From a bacterium (lineage in GTDB: Bacteria > Elusimicrobiota > Elusimicrobia > Elusimicrobiales > UBA9959), in the NCBI GenBank assembly GCA_021789695.1, contig JAJYJH010000008.1:8595-72594 (forward strand): a stretch of 64,000 nt of DNA, in the 5' to 3' direction. The notes below the pieces were generated by a model that saw nothing but the letters and a program-made list of their open reading frames with translations, was not told where the DNA came from and did no database searches. The number at the start of each line of letters is the position of its first letter. Positions within the stretch are counted from its first letter, which is position 1. Of the stretch, positions 1 to 9,671 are shown one piece after another. A program made the translations under genes and the position numbers.

Positions 1-101
1 GCGGGGTGCTGATACTTTCGGTCAAGATAGTTTTTCTGCTCGACGGCTGGAAACGCCTGATGCGCATAGTGGCCTCGGCCGGGAAGAAGGAGGACCGATG
101 A
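1..101 (+). CDS. 3' end of an upstream gene (partial, function unknown)
   Basis: Frame 3 is open from the window edge to TGA 99-101, which overlaps the gmhB ATG (ATGA). Hydrophobic tail GVLILSVKIVFLLDGW. Confidence 0.3.
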   Translation, partial: GVLILSVKIVFLLDGWKRLMRIVASAGKKEDR

Positions 102-697
102 GGGCCTGGCCCGCGAAGCTCGACAAGGCTACGCCACGCCCGACCGCGTTTCTGGACAGGGACGGAACGCTGAACCATGACCATCCCGGCGCCTATATAA
201 CCCGTCCTGAACAACTGAAGATCTACGCCAACGCCCCGGCCGCGCTCAGGCTCATGGCCTCCAAGGGCTACCGCATCATAGTGGTCACCAACCAGTCGGC
301 CGTGGGCCGCGGCTACATGACCCTCGAAGCCTCGAAGAGGATAAACCTGCGCCTGGCCCGCGCATTGCGCGCCGCCGGCGCGCCTGTCGACGCCATCTAT
401 TTCTGCCCCCACGCTCCTTCGGAGAACTGCCCCTGCCGCAAGCCGGCTCCAGGCCTTATTGAGGAGGCCTCGTCCGACCTGCCTTTTGTCAAAGCCTCGT
501 CCTTCGTCGCTGGAGACAAGAAGAGCGACCTGGACCTGGCCCGCAACGCCGGCCTCAGAGGCCTGCTGGTGCGTACGGGCCAATGGCGTTCGCTTGGCCC
601 GGCCGTTGCGCAGAAAGGCTACGCCAGCCTGCTGGCGCTGGCGCGGGCCCTGCCGGACATGTCTCGCGCGGAAACGCGCAAAAGGAAAACACCGTGA
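98..697 (+). CDS. gmhB: D-glycero-D-manno-heptose 1,7-bisphosphate phosphatase (HAD family)
   Basis: HAD motif I FLDRDGTLN, then VTNQSAVGRG, the zinc-finger-like CPCRKPAPG insert and GDKKSDLDLARNAG, all typical of GmhB. Confidence 0.8.
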   Translation: MRAWPAKLDKATPRPTAFLDRDGTLNHDHPGAYITRPEQLKIYANAPAALRLMASKGYRIIVVTNQSAVGRGYMTLEASKRINLRLARALRAAGAPVDAIYFCPHAPSENCPCRKPAPGLIEEASSDLPFVKASSFVAGDKKSDLDLARNAGLRGLLVRTGQWRSLGPAVAQKGYASLLALARALPDMSRAETRKRKTP

Positions 698-1245
698 AAA
701 AGCGCATACTTGTATCCCAGATAGTCACGCTGCTCCTGCTGATAGCGGCGCGCCCCGAGAACTGGCGTCTTTTCCGGTACGGACTGGTCGTCATGGCCCT
801 CGGCCAGCTCGTCCGGCTGGCGGCCAGCGCGGCCATAGTAAAATCCAAGACGCTGACCACGACCGGCCCCTACGCCGCCGTCCGCAATCCTCTATACCTG
901 GGAACCCTGCTGATGACCGCCGGCCTGCTCCTGATGCTCTCCTCCCCCTCCCGCCCACTGCTGACGATTTTCATCTGGGTCTTCGGCGCAGCCTCCTTCG
1001 GGTGGATTTACTACGTAACGATAAAGGCAGAGGAAAAATACCTGCGCTCAGTCTACGGTGCGGACTTCGACAAGTACGCGGCGGCGGTCCCCTCCATACT
1101 GCCGCGGCCCGCGGGGCTGGCCGGTTTCTTCGACTTTTCAGCCTACTCCTCTGTCGTCTTCCGCAAGAACAAGGAATGGCGCGGCCTGAGCGCGGCGCTG
1201 CTACTGACGCTGCTGGTCGCAGGACTAATCAGATATGGCGTCTAA
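694..1245 (+). CDS. Isoprenylcysteine carboxyl methyltransferase (ICMT/PEMT) family membrane protein
   Basis: GTG 694 overlaps the gmhB stop (GTGA), with AAAGGAAAA upstream. Multi-TM protein with RNPLYLGTLLM and EEKYLRSVYGADFDKY motifs. Confidence 0.65.
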   Translation: MKKRILVSQIVTLLLLIAARPENWRLFRYGLVVMALGQLVRLAASAAIVKSKTLTTTGPYAAVRNPLYLGTLLMTAGLLLMLSSPSRPLLTIFIWVFGAASFGWIYYVTIKAEEKYLRSVYGADFDKYAAAVPSILPRPAGLAGFFDFSAYSSVVFRKNKEWRGLSAALLLTLLVAGLIRYGV

Positions 1246-2056
1246 ACTGGCGCTTCTCCTCTGCCTGGCCCTGCCCCTGCCGGCCTCTGCCGCGAAGAAA
1301 CTGCTGGAACATCCATATTGGAAAAGCGCCGTCCCCGCCGCTAAGGCCCCGCCGTCCGAAGCGTGGATGACGCCCGGGGAAACGCTGCAGTACAAAATCT
1401 ACTGGGGCATAATCCCCGTCGGAACTTCCTACCTGCGGGTGGAGAGGGCAGTAGACGTCTCCTCCCGCACGGCCTGGCACCTCATCTCCGAAGCCGATTC
1501 GAACTCCTTCATCGGCAATTTTTACCCGGTCGCCGACCGCAATGAATCCTGGATAGACACCTCGGACTTCGATTCCCTGGGCTACTATCGCAAGATATCC
1601 GAGGGCCGCTATTTTTTCAACGAATGGGCCGTCTTCGACAGAGCCGCCGGGCGTTTCTACGGCGAAGAGATGAACCGCAAGGGGAAGGTCTCGCCTTTCG
1701 AGGGCAAGCTGGACGCCCCCGTGCCGGTAAGCGACTACCTGTCGGCCGTCTACCGCCTGCGCGCGACAAAGCTCTCGCCAGGGGACGTAGCGCAGGTGGA
1801 CGTGATGAGCAGGAAACCGTTCCGCCTTACTGTCAAGGCCCGCAAGTTCCAGAAGATCGCGACTCCGTACGGCACAAGGAAATGCCTGCTCCTGGAGCCG
1901 ATGGAGGGCGGGAACGGCCTTTTCGTCTCCAAATCCGGAAAACGTATGTACGTCTGGGTCACGGACGACGAGTTGAGACTGCCGATGATGCTGAAAGCGG
2001 AGATCTTCATCGGCTCGGTCACCGCGAAGCTGGTAAAGCGCACGATAACCCCCTGA
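1235..2056 (+). CDS. DUF3108-like secreted protein
   Basis: Signal peptide LALLLCLALPLPASA. The YKIYWGIIPVGTSYLRV beta-rich pattern is typical of DUF3108. Confidence 0.55.
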   Translation: MASKLALLLCLALPLPASAAKKLLEHPYWKSAVPAAKAPPSEAWMTPGETLQYKIYWGIIPVGTSYLRVERAVDVSSRTAWHLISEADSNSFIGNFYPVADRNESWIDTSDFDSLGYYRKISEGRYFFNEWAVFDRAAGRFYGEEMNRKGKVSPFEGKLDAPVPVSDYLSAVYRLRATKLSPGDVAQVDVMSRKPFRLTVKARKFQKIATPYGTRKCLLLEPMEGGNGLFVSKSGKRMYVWVTDDELRLPMMLKAEIFIGSVTAKLVKRTITP

Positions 2057-2091
2057 AGTCCGCCGCCGGCTTTCCCCCAGTTCCGTTGCTT

Positions 2092-2099
2092 TGTATAAT
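2092..2099 (+). promoter_or_regulatory. Candidate -10 element (TGTATAAT) upstream of hldA
   Basis: TATAAT at 2094-2099 lies 9 nt before ATG 2109, with no Shine-Dalgarno between them. No convincing -35. Confidence 0.3.
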
Positions 2100-2108
2100 A
2101 TCTATATT

Positions 2109-3125
2109 ATGACAAAGGCTGCTTTTAAACGCCTTTCTACCGTCGCGGCCTCGTTCCGCGGCCGCCGTATAGCCGTATTCGGCGACCTGATGCTGGACCG
2201 CTACGTGAAAGGCACCGTAAGAAGGATTTCTCCGGAGGCGCCCGTCCCGGTAGTGAGGGTCACCTCCGAGTCCGCCGTCTGCGGCGGCGCCGCCAACGTG
2301 GCCGTGAACCTGGCCGCGCTGGGCGCCGAGCCGCAGCTGCTCTCCGTCACCGGGCGCGACTCGGCGGCCCAGGAACTGGCCTCGCTGCTTTCCGCGGCCG
2401 GGGTCTCCCCCTCTAGGCTGGTCGCGGACCCCGGTTTTTCCACCATAGAAAAAACCCGCGTGATAGCCGAGCACCAGCAGGTCGTGCGCTTCGACCGGGA
2501 GCAGCCCTCGCTTCTGGGACACTCCGCCAAGAAGGCCGCGCTGGCCGCGCTGGACGAGGCGCTGAAGAACGGCTGCGGCGCGCTGGTACTTTCCGACTAC
2601 GGCAAAGGGCTGCTGGAACCGGCCACGATAAAAGCCGCCGTTTCGATGGCCGCCGCGCGGCGGGTCCCGGTCTTCGTTGACCCGAAGGTGGAACATTTTC
2701 AGCTTTACCGCGGCGTGGACTCCATAACGCCCAATACGAGCGAGGCCTTCGGAGGCATGCGCCTGACGCATAAAGACGGGCAGGAAGCGGCCGAGGAGCT
2801 GGGCAAGGCCATCATGCGCAAGCTCTCCTGCCGCACGCTGCTGGTGACGCAGGGCGAGCACGGCATGACGCTGTTCACGCGCCGCGGCGGGTCGGTGCGC
2901 CCGGAGCACATCCCGACGCGCGCCAGGGAGGTTTTCGACGTGACCGGGGCCGGCGACACCGTTATCTCCACGCTGGCCCTCGCCTGGGCCTCGGGAGCCT
3001 CACCGGAAGAGGCGGCCTCGGCGGCGAATTTCGCTGCCGGCGTGGTGGTGGCCAAGCTCGGGACCGCCTCCGTAAGCGTGGAGGAGCTGCTGGAGAGCGC
3101 CAGATCATGGCTACAACCTGCCTGA
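2109..3125 (+). CDS. hldA: D-glycero-beta-D-manno-heptose-7-phosphate kinase (RfaE domain I, PfkB family)
   Basis: VFGDLMLDRYV, ISPEAPVPVV and DVTGAGDTVI motifs. The track ORF starts at TTG 2091; ATG 2109 is preferred. Confidence 0.8.
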   Translation: MTKAAFKRLSTVAASFRGRRIAVFGDLMLDRYVKGTVRRISPEAPVPVVRVTSESAVCGGAANVAVNLAALGAEPQLLSVTGRDSAAQELASLLSAAGVSPSRLVADPGFSTIEKTRVIAEHQQVVRFDREQPSLLGHSAKKAALAALDEALKNGCGALVLSDYGKGLLEPATIKAAVSMAAARRVPVFVDPKVEHFQLYRGVDSITPNTSEAFGGMRLTHKDGQEAAEELGKAIMRKLSCRTLLVTQGEHGMTLFTRRGGSVRPEHIPTRAREVFDVTGAGDTVISTLALAWASGASPEEAASAANFAAGVVVAKLGTASVSVEELLESARSWLQPA

Positions 3126-3904
3126 TAGTAATACCTGCCCGCTACGGCTCGCAGCGCTTCCCGGGCAAGGTGCTGGCCCCGTTGGCCGGCAAGCCGGTGC
3201 TGCAGTGGTGCTGGGAGGCGGCCGTCAAGGCGCGCCTCGGCAAGGTACTGATAGCCACGGAGCATACCAAGGTGCTGGAGTTCGCGCGCTCCATGGGGGC
3301 CTGCGCCGTGCTGACCAGCCCCGGCTGCCAGTCCGGCACCGACCGCGTCTTTGAGGCTTCGCGCAGCAGCCGCGCGGATTTCATCCTCAACGTGCAGGGC
3401 GACGAGCCTTTCATGACTGCGGCCATACTTAAGAAGGCCCTCGGGAAACTTAAGGCCTCTCCCTCCTGCGAGATCGGCACCGCCTGTACGCGCATCACCT
3501 CCGAGGCCGAGATCCGCGACCCCAACTGCGTGAAAGTCGCGATGAACTCCGAGGGCCGCGCGTTGTACTTCTCGCGCGCCCCGATCCCTTTTCACCACGA
3601 GCTTTCGCCGCTCAGGGACCGCCCGTGGCACAGGCACTGCGGTTTCTACATCTACCGCCGCGGGGCGATAGAGAAGTTCGTCAGACTCCGGCCCAGCCCG
3701 CTGGAGCGCCTGGAACGCCTGGAACAGCTGCGGGCGCTGGAGGCCGGCATGGGTATCGCGGTGGCGGAAGTCACGGCCACAGGGCCGGCCATAGACGTGC
3801 CGGCGGACCTGAGGGCGGCCGAAAGATATCTCAAAGCCCGGCGCCAGGAGGCCGGCGGGCCGGGCCCCCGTTCGCGGAGGCCTTTTCGGGATTATGCGCG
3901 CTAG
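3107..3904 (+). CDS. kdsB: 3-deoxy-manno-octulosonate cytidylyltransferase (CMP-Kdo synthetase)
   Basis: IVIPARYGSQRFPGK and NVQGDEPF motifs. Confidence 0.85.
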   Translation: MATTCLIVIPARYGSQRFPGKVLAPLAGKPVLQWCWEAAVKARLGKVLIATEHTKVLEFARSMGACAVLTSPGCQSGTDRVFEASRSSRADFILNVQGDEPFMTAAILKKALGKLKASPSCEIGTACTRITSEAEIRDPNCVKVAMNSEGRALYFSRAPIPFHHELSPLRDRPWHRHCGFYIYRRGAIEKFVRLRPSPLERLERLEQLRALEAGMGIAVAEVTATGPAIDVPADLRAAERYLKARRQEAGGPGPRSRRPFRDYAR

Positions 3905-3917
3905 CGCGGGGAGCGAC

Positions 3918-5534
3918 ATGACCAGATATATATTCGTGACCGGCGGTGTGGTGAGTTCTCTCGGCAAGGGCATAACGGCCGCCTCGATAGGCCGTCTGCT
4001 GAAAGCCCACGGCTTTTCGGTGAACATCGTGAAATGCGACCCGTACATCAACGTGGATGCCGGCACGATGGCTCCGTTCCAGCACGGAGAGGTGTTCGTC
4101 ACCGACGACGGCGCCGAGACCGACCTGGACCTCGGCTATTACGAGCGCTTTCTCGGGCTGGACACCACGCGGGTCAACATCGTAACGGCGGGCCAGATAT
4201 ACCAGAGCGTCATAGCGCGCGAGCGGGAAGGCGGATACCTGGGCCAGACCGTGCAGGTCATACCGCACATCACCGACGAGATTAAGAGCCGCTTCCTGAA
4301 AGCCGGTGAAGGCTACGACATCGCCATCATCGAGATCGGAGGCACGGTCGGCGACATAGAGAGCCTGCCGTTCCTGGAGGCCGCGCGCCAAATGCGCCCC
4401 GACCGCACGCGCAGCGAAGTGCTGTACCTGCACGTGACGCTGGTGCCTTACCTGTCCGCCTCGGACGAGCTCAAGACCAAACCGACGCAGCACTCGGTCA
4501 ACAAGCTGCGCGAAATCGGCATCGATCCAGACATCATCGTCTGCCGCGCGGAGAAGCCGCTAGCCCGCGACATCAAGAACAAGATCGCGCTGTTCACCAG
4601 CGTGCCCAGGGAGGCCGTGGTGGAGGCTCCCGACGCCCCGTCAATCTACGACGTCCCGGACCTGCTGAAGAAGCAAGGTCTCGACGAACAGATCATGATG
4701 CTGCTGCGGTTGCGCAGCGCCAAGTGGGACTTCGACGAATGGACCGGCTTCGTGCAGCGGATGAGAAAGGCCGCCTCTGCCCAGCCGGTGCGCATAGCGA
4801 TAGCCGGCAAGTACACCAAGCTCAAGGACTCCTATAAATCGCTGGTGGAGGCCATACAGCACGGCTGTATAGCCAACGGCGTAAAGGCGGACCTGGACTA
4901 CGTCGACGTGGAGGCCCCGGATTTCAAGGCCCGCCTCGCGCAGGCGGACGGCCTGATAGTGCCCGGCGGATTCGGGGACCGCGGCATTGAAGGCAAAATA
5001 GAGGCCGTGCGCTATGCCCGCGAGAACGGCCTGCCGTTCCTCGGCATCTGCCTCGGCATGCAGTGCGCCACGATAGAGTTCGCGCGCAACGTGCTGGGTC
5101 TCAAGAAGGCGCATTCCGCCGAGTTCGACTCGAAGACGCCGCACCCGGTGGTGGACCTGATGGAGGCGCAGAAGGGCGTTAAGGACAAGGGCGGCACGAT
5201 GCGCCTGGGCGCCTATCCCTGCGAGATAAAGAAAGGCACGCTGGCGCACCGCGTCTACGGCTCCTCTTCCGTCTCGGAACGCCACCGCCACCGCTACGAG
5301 TTCAACACCAGGTACGCCGCCCAGTACGCGGGCAAGGGCATGACAATCAGCGGCCTCAACAAAAAACTAAACCTGCCCGAGATAGTGGAGATAAAAGCCC
5401 ACCCGTGGTTCGTAGGCGTACAGTTCCACCCGGAATTCAGGTCGCGCCCGCTGATGCCGCACCCGCTGTTCTTCAGCTTCGTGGCGGCGGCGGTAAGCAA
5501 CAGGGGAGCCGGAGCCATAGCGGCCAAGGCCTAG
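3918..5534 (+). CDS. pyrG: CTP synthase
   Basis: YIFVTGGVVSSLGKGI N-terminus, glutamine amidotransferase GICLGMQ and ERHRHRYEFN. Confidence 0.95.
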   Translation: MTRYIFVTGGVVSSLGKGITAASIGRLLKAHGFSVNIVKCDPYINVDAGTMAPFQHGEVFVTDDGAETDLDLGYYERFLGLDTTRVNIVTAGQIYQSVIAREREGGYLGQTVQVIPHITDEIKSRFLKAGEGYDIAIIEIGGTVGDIESLPFLEAARQMRPDRTRSEVLYLHVTLVPYLSASDELKTKPTQHSVNKLREIGIDPDIIVCRAEKPLARDIKNKIALFTSVPREAVVEAPDAPSIYDVPDLLKKQGLDEQIMMLLRLRSAKWDFDEWTGFVQRMRKAASAQPVRIAIAGKYTKLKDSYKSLVEAIQHGCIANGVKADLDYVDVEAPDFKARLAQADGLIVPGGFGDRGIEGKIEAVRYARENGLPFLGICLGMQCATIEFARNVLGLKKAHSAEFDSKTPHPVVDLMEAQKGVKDKGGTMRLGAYPCEIKKGTLAHRVYGSSSVSERHRHRYEFNTRYAAQYAGKGMTISGLNKKLNLPEIVEIKAHPWFVGVQFHPEFRSRPLMPHPLFFSFVAAAVSNRGAGAIAAKA

Positions 5535-5543
5535 GAGACCGCG

Positions 5544-6389
5544 GTGACCAGACAGAAAAAAGTAAAAATCGGCAGCGTGGTCTTTTCCAACGACGGGCCG
5601 CTGGCCTACATTGCCGGCCCCTGCGTAGTGGAAACAGAGCAATCCTACGCGGCGGAGGCGGCGGCCCTGAAAAGGATATTTTCCTCCCTGAGGACCCCCT
5701 TCGTGCTGAAGGCCTCCTTCGACAAGGCTAATCGCACCTCCCACCGCTCCTTCCGCGGCCCGGGCCCGCAGGTACTGCCTTTCCTGAAGGAACTAAAGGA
5801 GCGCCTCGGCGTGCCGCTGCTGGTAGACGTCCACGATCCCGCCCAGGCCGCGCGCGTGGCGGAAGCGGCGGATATCCTTCAGGTGCCGGCCTTCATGTGC
5901 CGCCAGACGGACCTGCTTTTCGCCTGCGCCGACACCGGCCGCCCGGTCAACGTAAAAAAAGGACAGTTCCTCTCCCCCTGGGAAGCGGAAAACATCGTGA
6001 AGAAGCTGGAAGACAGGGGGGCCGCCGGAATCATGCTGACGGAGCGCGGCTCGTCGTTCGGCTACGGGAACCTGGTAGTGGATATGCGCGGCCTTGAAGT
6101 GATGAAGCAGTTCGGGTGGCCCGTAATCTTCGACTGCACCCATTCCGTCCAAAGACCGGGCGGCCTGGGCAGCGCCACCGGAGGAGACAGGCGCTTCGTG
6201 TTGCCGCTGGCCAAGGCGGCGGCCGCCCTGAAGATAGCTGGCATCTTCTTCGAGGCCCATCCCCGTCCCGAGAAGGCGCTTTCTGACGGGCCCAATTCCC
6301 TTAGGCTCGGCTCGGTGATGAAAATGGTCTCCGCGCTAAACCGCGTGGACAGGCTGGCGGCCGATATAGCCAAAGTGACTTCGGACTAA
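5544..6389 (+). CDS. kdsA: 3-deoxy-8-phosphooctulonate (Kdo8P) synthase
   Basis: IAGPCVVE, KASFDKANRTS, QVPAFMCRQTDLL and FDCTHSVQRPGG motifs. Confidence 0.9.
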   Translation: MTRQKKVKIGSVVFSNDGPLAYIAGPCVVETEQSYAAEAAALKRIFSSLRTPFVLKASFDKANRTSHRSFRGPGPQVLPFLKELKERLGVPLLVDVHDPAQAARVAEAADILQVPAFMCRQTDLLFACADTGRPVNVKKGQFLSPWEAENIVKKLEDRGAAGIMLTERGSSFGYGNLVVDMRGLEVMKQFGWPVIFDCTHSVQRPGGLGSATGGDRRFVLPLAKAAAALKIAGIFFEAHPRPEKALSDGPNSLRLGSVMKMVSALNRVDRLAADIAKVTSD

Positions 6390-6406
6390 ACAGCGAGGAC
6401 AAAGAT

Positions 6407-6670
6407 ATGAAATGCACCAACTGCGGTCAGGAGAACCGCCCCAACTTCAGGTTCTGCAAGAAATGCGGCACGGACCTCACCCTTCCTCCGCCCTGGTTCC
6501 CCGGCTGGAGATGGCACCTCAAGGCGCTCAGCTGGATTTACCTCTCGGTAATAGCGGGATTCTTCGTCATCAGCTACCTGCTGCACCAGCTGAAGCCCCC
6601 CTACAACCAGCGCCAGATCCCGCCGGAGATGACGCCATGGCTGAACCCGCACAAGGTCCCGGCGCCCTGA
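6407..6670 (+). CDS. Zinc-ribbon membrane protein
   Basis: MKCTNCGQENRPNFRFCKKCG (CxxC-x11-CxxC) followed by one TM helix. GAGGA lies upstream, and the stop overlaps the kdsD ATG. Confidence 0.5.
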   Translation: MKCTNCGQENRPNFRFCKKCGTDLTLPPPWFPGWRWHLKALSWIYLSVIAGFFVISYLLHQLKPPYNQRQIPPEMTPWLNPHKVPAP

Positions 6671-7650
6671 TGCCCGGCAAGGACGCACTGATACAGAGGA
6701 CGGCCAAGGCCGTCATAAGGTCCGAGGCCCGCGCGGTGGCGGGCCTTACGGCCGCCGTGGACGCCTCGTTCGCCAAAGCCGTGCGTCTGCTAGAGCGCTG
6801 CCCCGGCAAGGCCGTCCTGCTCGGAGTGGGCAAATCCGGTCTCATAGCGCGAAAGGTGGCTGCCACCCTCGCGTCCACAGGCACGCGCAGCGTCTACCTG
6901 CACCCGGTGGAGTCCCTGCACGGCGATCTCGGCATGATAGCTTCCGACGACGTAGCGGTGGCGTTCTCTTATTCCGGCGAGACCGAGGAAACCGCCAAGC
7001 TGCTGCCGATGCTCCGGAAGCAGGGCCTGCCGGTCATCTCCGTCACAAACAACCCCGATTCCCGCATGGCGCGTAATTCCGACGTGGTCCTGCGCCTGAG
7101 GGTCAGGTCGGAGGCCTGCCCGTTCGGCATAGTCCCCACCTCCTCCACCACCGCTATGCTGGCCCTGGGGGACGCGCTGGCGGTGACGCTGATGACCCTT
7201 AAGGGCTTCGGCCGCGACCATTTCGCCAGACTGCACCCCGGGGGCAACCTGGGAAAGCTGCTCAACCTGAAAGTGGGGGACCTCATGCACGAAGGAGCCC
7301 TCAACCCGGTGGTCAGGGAGAGCGACAGCGTGGCCGACGCGCTGCGCGCAATGACCGACACCCGCGCCGGCGCGGTCTCGGTGACTGGCCGCGGCGGCAG
7401 GCTTACCGGTTATTTCACGGACGGCGACCTGCGGCGCAGACTGCAGGACGGCTTCAAAGACCTGTCCGCTCCGGTAAGCTCGGTGATGACGCGCAGGCCT
7501 CTGACCGTGCACCCCGAGACCCCGGCCATGGAAGCCGCTAAGGTTATCTCCGAGAAGAAAATAGACAACCTGCCGGTGACAGATTCCCGCACAGGGCGCC
7601 CGGTAGGCATAGTGGACGAGCGCGACTTGCTGAAGGAAGGACTCGCTTGA
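6670..7650 (+). CDS. kdsD: Arabinose-5-phosphate isomerase (KpsF/GutQ family, SIS + tandem CBS)
   Basis: SIS motif GVGKSGLIARKVAATLASTG, SYSGETEE, and two C-terminal CBS-like segments. ATG 6670 was chosen inside the longer track ORF. Confidence 0.85.
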   Translation: MPGKDALIQRTAKAVIRSEARAVAGLTAAVDASFAKAVRLLERCPGKAVLLGVGKSGLIARKVAATLASTGTRSVYLHPVESLHGDLGMIASDDVAVAFSYSGETEETAKLLPMLRKQGLPVISVTNNPDSRMARNSDVVLRLRVRSEACPFGIVPTSSTTAMLALGDALAVTLMTLKGFGRDHFARLHPGGNLGKLLNLKVGDLMHEGALNPVVRESDSVADALRAMTDTRAGAVSVTGRGGRLTGYFTDGDLRRRLQDGFKDLSAPVSSVMTRRPLTVHPETPAMEAAKVISEKKIDNLPVTDSRTGRPVGIVDERDLLKEGLA

Positions 7651-8150
7651 AGGAGCTGCTGCCACTTTTACTCCTCTCCCTGGCGGCCTGCGGCGGAGGC
7701 GGCGCGCGCGAAGCCGCGCCCGGGGTCAGCCTGTTGGGGGACTTCTCCATAGCGGAGACCTCCCCCGCCGGCGCCAAATGGAAGCTGAACGCGGAAAAAG
7801 GCAGGATGGACGAGAAGAGGAACACGATAATTTTTTCCTCGCCCGACATAAAGTTCTACGACGGCGGCGCTGTCTCGTCGGAAATAACCGCCCGCTTCGG
7901 CTCCCTGAAGATGGGAGAGCGATCGGCGGTCCTCAATGACGACGTCGTAGTGGATACCCGCAAGGACGGCATGCGTCTGACCACCACCAAACTTTACTAC
8001 AGCTCCGCGCGCGGCAAGATCTGGACCGAGAAGCCCCTCACCATCTACAGGGGCAGCACCGTTACCAAAGGCCGCGGCTTCACCGCAAACCCAGACCTTT
8101 CCGAGATAGAGATACACCATCAGGAGACGCGGCTTGGAGGCCAGAAGTGA
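7647..8150 (+). CDS. lptC: LPS export periplasmic protein LptC-like
   Basis: Lipoprotein-type N-terminus LLLLSLAACGG and an OstA/LptC-like beta-jellyroll sequence. Positioned upstream of lptA-lptB. Confidence 0.6.
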   Translation: MKELLPLLLLSLAACGGGGAREAAPGVSLLGDFSIAETSPAGAKWKLNAEKGRMDEKRNTIIFSSPDIKFYDGGAVSSEITARFGSLKMGERSAVLNDDVVVDTRKDGMRLTTTKLYYSSARGKIWTEKPLTIYRGSTVTKGRGFTANPDLSEIEIHHQETRLGGQK

Positions 8151-8881
8151 GGTCGCTCCTGCTAGCCGCCCTCCTGCTGCTGTCGCCCGGCCTGCTGGCG
8201 GCCGAGGACGATTTCCTCAGGGGTTCCGTGGTCAAGAGCGAGAAGTGGACGCTCGACAGGGCGAAGGACCTGGAGATTTTCGACGGCGATGTCTCCTTCA
8301 ACAACCTTCTTTACTCGCTTAAAGCCAACAACGCGGTCTACCGCCGCAAGGACCAGGCCTGGGATATGAGAGGGGACGTCTACATGCTGCGCCGTTTCAC
8401 GGACGGTTCGCAGGTGCAGGTGGACTGCCACCGGGCCCACTACCTGGAACAGCAGGAGCTGGCCACGCTGCTGCGCGGCCAGCTGCCGGTGCGCATGAAG
8501 TACACCGGCCCCGACGGGCGGGTGCTCAGGGGCCGCTCGGACAGCGCGGTGGCCCAGAACAAGAAAGGGCTGATGACCTTCGACGGGGACTTTTCCCTCG
8601 CCACCGAAAACCTGGACATGTACTCCCAAAAGGGGCTCTACGACAACTCCGACGCCACCTTCCTGATGTACGACTCCACTCCGCTCGCCGTCGGGACGCG
8701 CGAGGGTTACGACTTCGCGATAAACGCCGAGACGATAAAGTTCTTCCGGGATAGCCGCGATATAAAGTTCTATAATAGGGTTAAAGGCTGGGTGAAGGAC
8801 CCCGACCACGGCCGCGCGGGGAAGGTGGCCAAGCAGGGGCCCCGGGACGCGGCGCCCGCTTCCGGCGCGCAGGATATATGA
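8147..8881 (+). CDS. lptA: OstA-like/LptA-like periplasmic protein
   Basis: Signal peptide, OstA_N-like repeats, and position between lptC and lptB. Carries a roughly 50-aa C-terminal extension. Confidence 0.55.
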   Translation: MRSLLLAALLLLSPGLLAAEDDFLRGSVVKSEKWTLDRAKDLEIFDGDVSFNNLLYSLKANNAVYRRKDQAWDMRGDVYMLRRFTDGSQVQVDCHRAHYLEQQELATLLRGQLPVRMKYTGPDGRVLRGRSDSAVAQNKKGLMTFDGDFSLATENLDMYSQKGLYDNSDATFLMYDSTPLAVGTREGYDFAINAETIKFFRDSRDIKFYNRVKGWVKDPDHGRAGKVAKQGPRDAAPASGAQDI

Positions 8882-9597
8882 GACTCGAGTGCGAACTTCT
8901 TGAGAAATCCTTTAGCCGCCGCCAGGTGGTCAACGGCATCTCCCTTCACATTGACTCCGGCGAGGTCTGCGGCCTGCTGGGCCCCAACGGCGCCGGCAAG
9001 ACCACCACCTTCCACATGCTGGTCGGTTTCCTCGAGCCCGACTCCGGCAAGGTGTTTCTGGACGGCCGCGACGCGACCAAGGACCCGATGTACGCCCGCG
9101 CGCGCGGAGGCATCGGCTACCTGGCGCAGGAGCCTACCGTCTTCCGCGGCCTGACAGTGGAGGAGAACCTGGAAGCCATACTAGAGCGAACGACTCCGGA
9201 CCGCAACGCCATGAAGGCCCGCGTCGAGTCGCTGCTGGGGGAGTTCGGGCTGTTGAAACTGCGCAAGCAGAAGGCCTGGACGCTGTCGGGCGGAGAGAAG
9301 CGGCGGCTGGAGGTGGCGCGGGTGATGATTAACGACCCGCGTATCATCCTGCTGGACGAGCCCTTCGTGGGCATCGACCCGATTACGGTCAGCGACCTAA
9401 AGAAGATCATCCTGCACCTGAAACAGAAGAGCATCGGGGTGTTGATCACCGACCATAACGTGCGCGAGACGCTCTCTATCACTGACCGCTCCTACCTGAT
9501 CTACAGCGGACAGATCCTGATAGACGGCGACGCGAACGCACTGCTCAGCGACCCCAAGGCCCGCGAGCTCTACCTCGGCTGGGATTTCAAACTGTAA
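8878..9597 (+). CDS. lptB: LPS export ABC transporter ATP-binding protein
   Basis: Walker A GPNGAGKTTTF, signature LSGGEKRRLEVAR and Walker B ILLDEPFVGIDP. Confidence 0.9.
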   Translation: MRLECELLEKSFSRRQVVNGISLHIDSGEVCGLLGPNGAGKTTTFHMLVGFLEPDSGKVFLDGRDATKDPMYARARGGIGYLAQEPTVFRGLTVEENLEAILERTTPDRNAMKARVESLLGEFGLLKLRKQKAWTLSGGEKRRLEVARVMINDPRIILLDEPFVGIDPITVSDLKKIILHLKQKSIGVLITDHNVRETLSITDRSYLIYSGQILIDGDANALLSDPKARELYLGWDFKL

Positions 9598-9671
9598 GCG
9601 GCGCCTGTCATAAACACCGGACTTCGCTTCCGCGGTCCCCGGCGATTCTCCCGGCGGGCACGCTGAAAGGA

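Noticed and set aside
459-1370. A 303-aa plus-strand ORF overlapping the gmhB 3' end, the ICMT-like gene and the DUF3108 start.
   Set aside because: Its Arg/Pro-rich composition marks it as an out-of-frame shadow. The three overlapped genes each carry family motifs.
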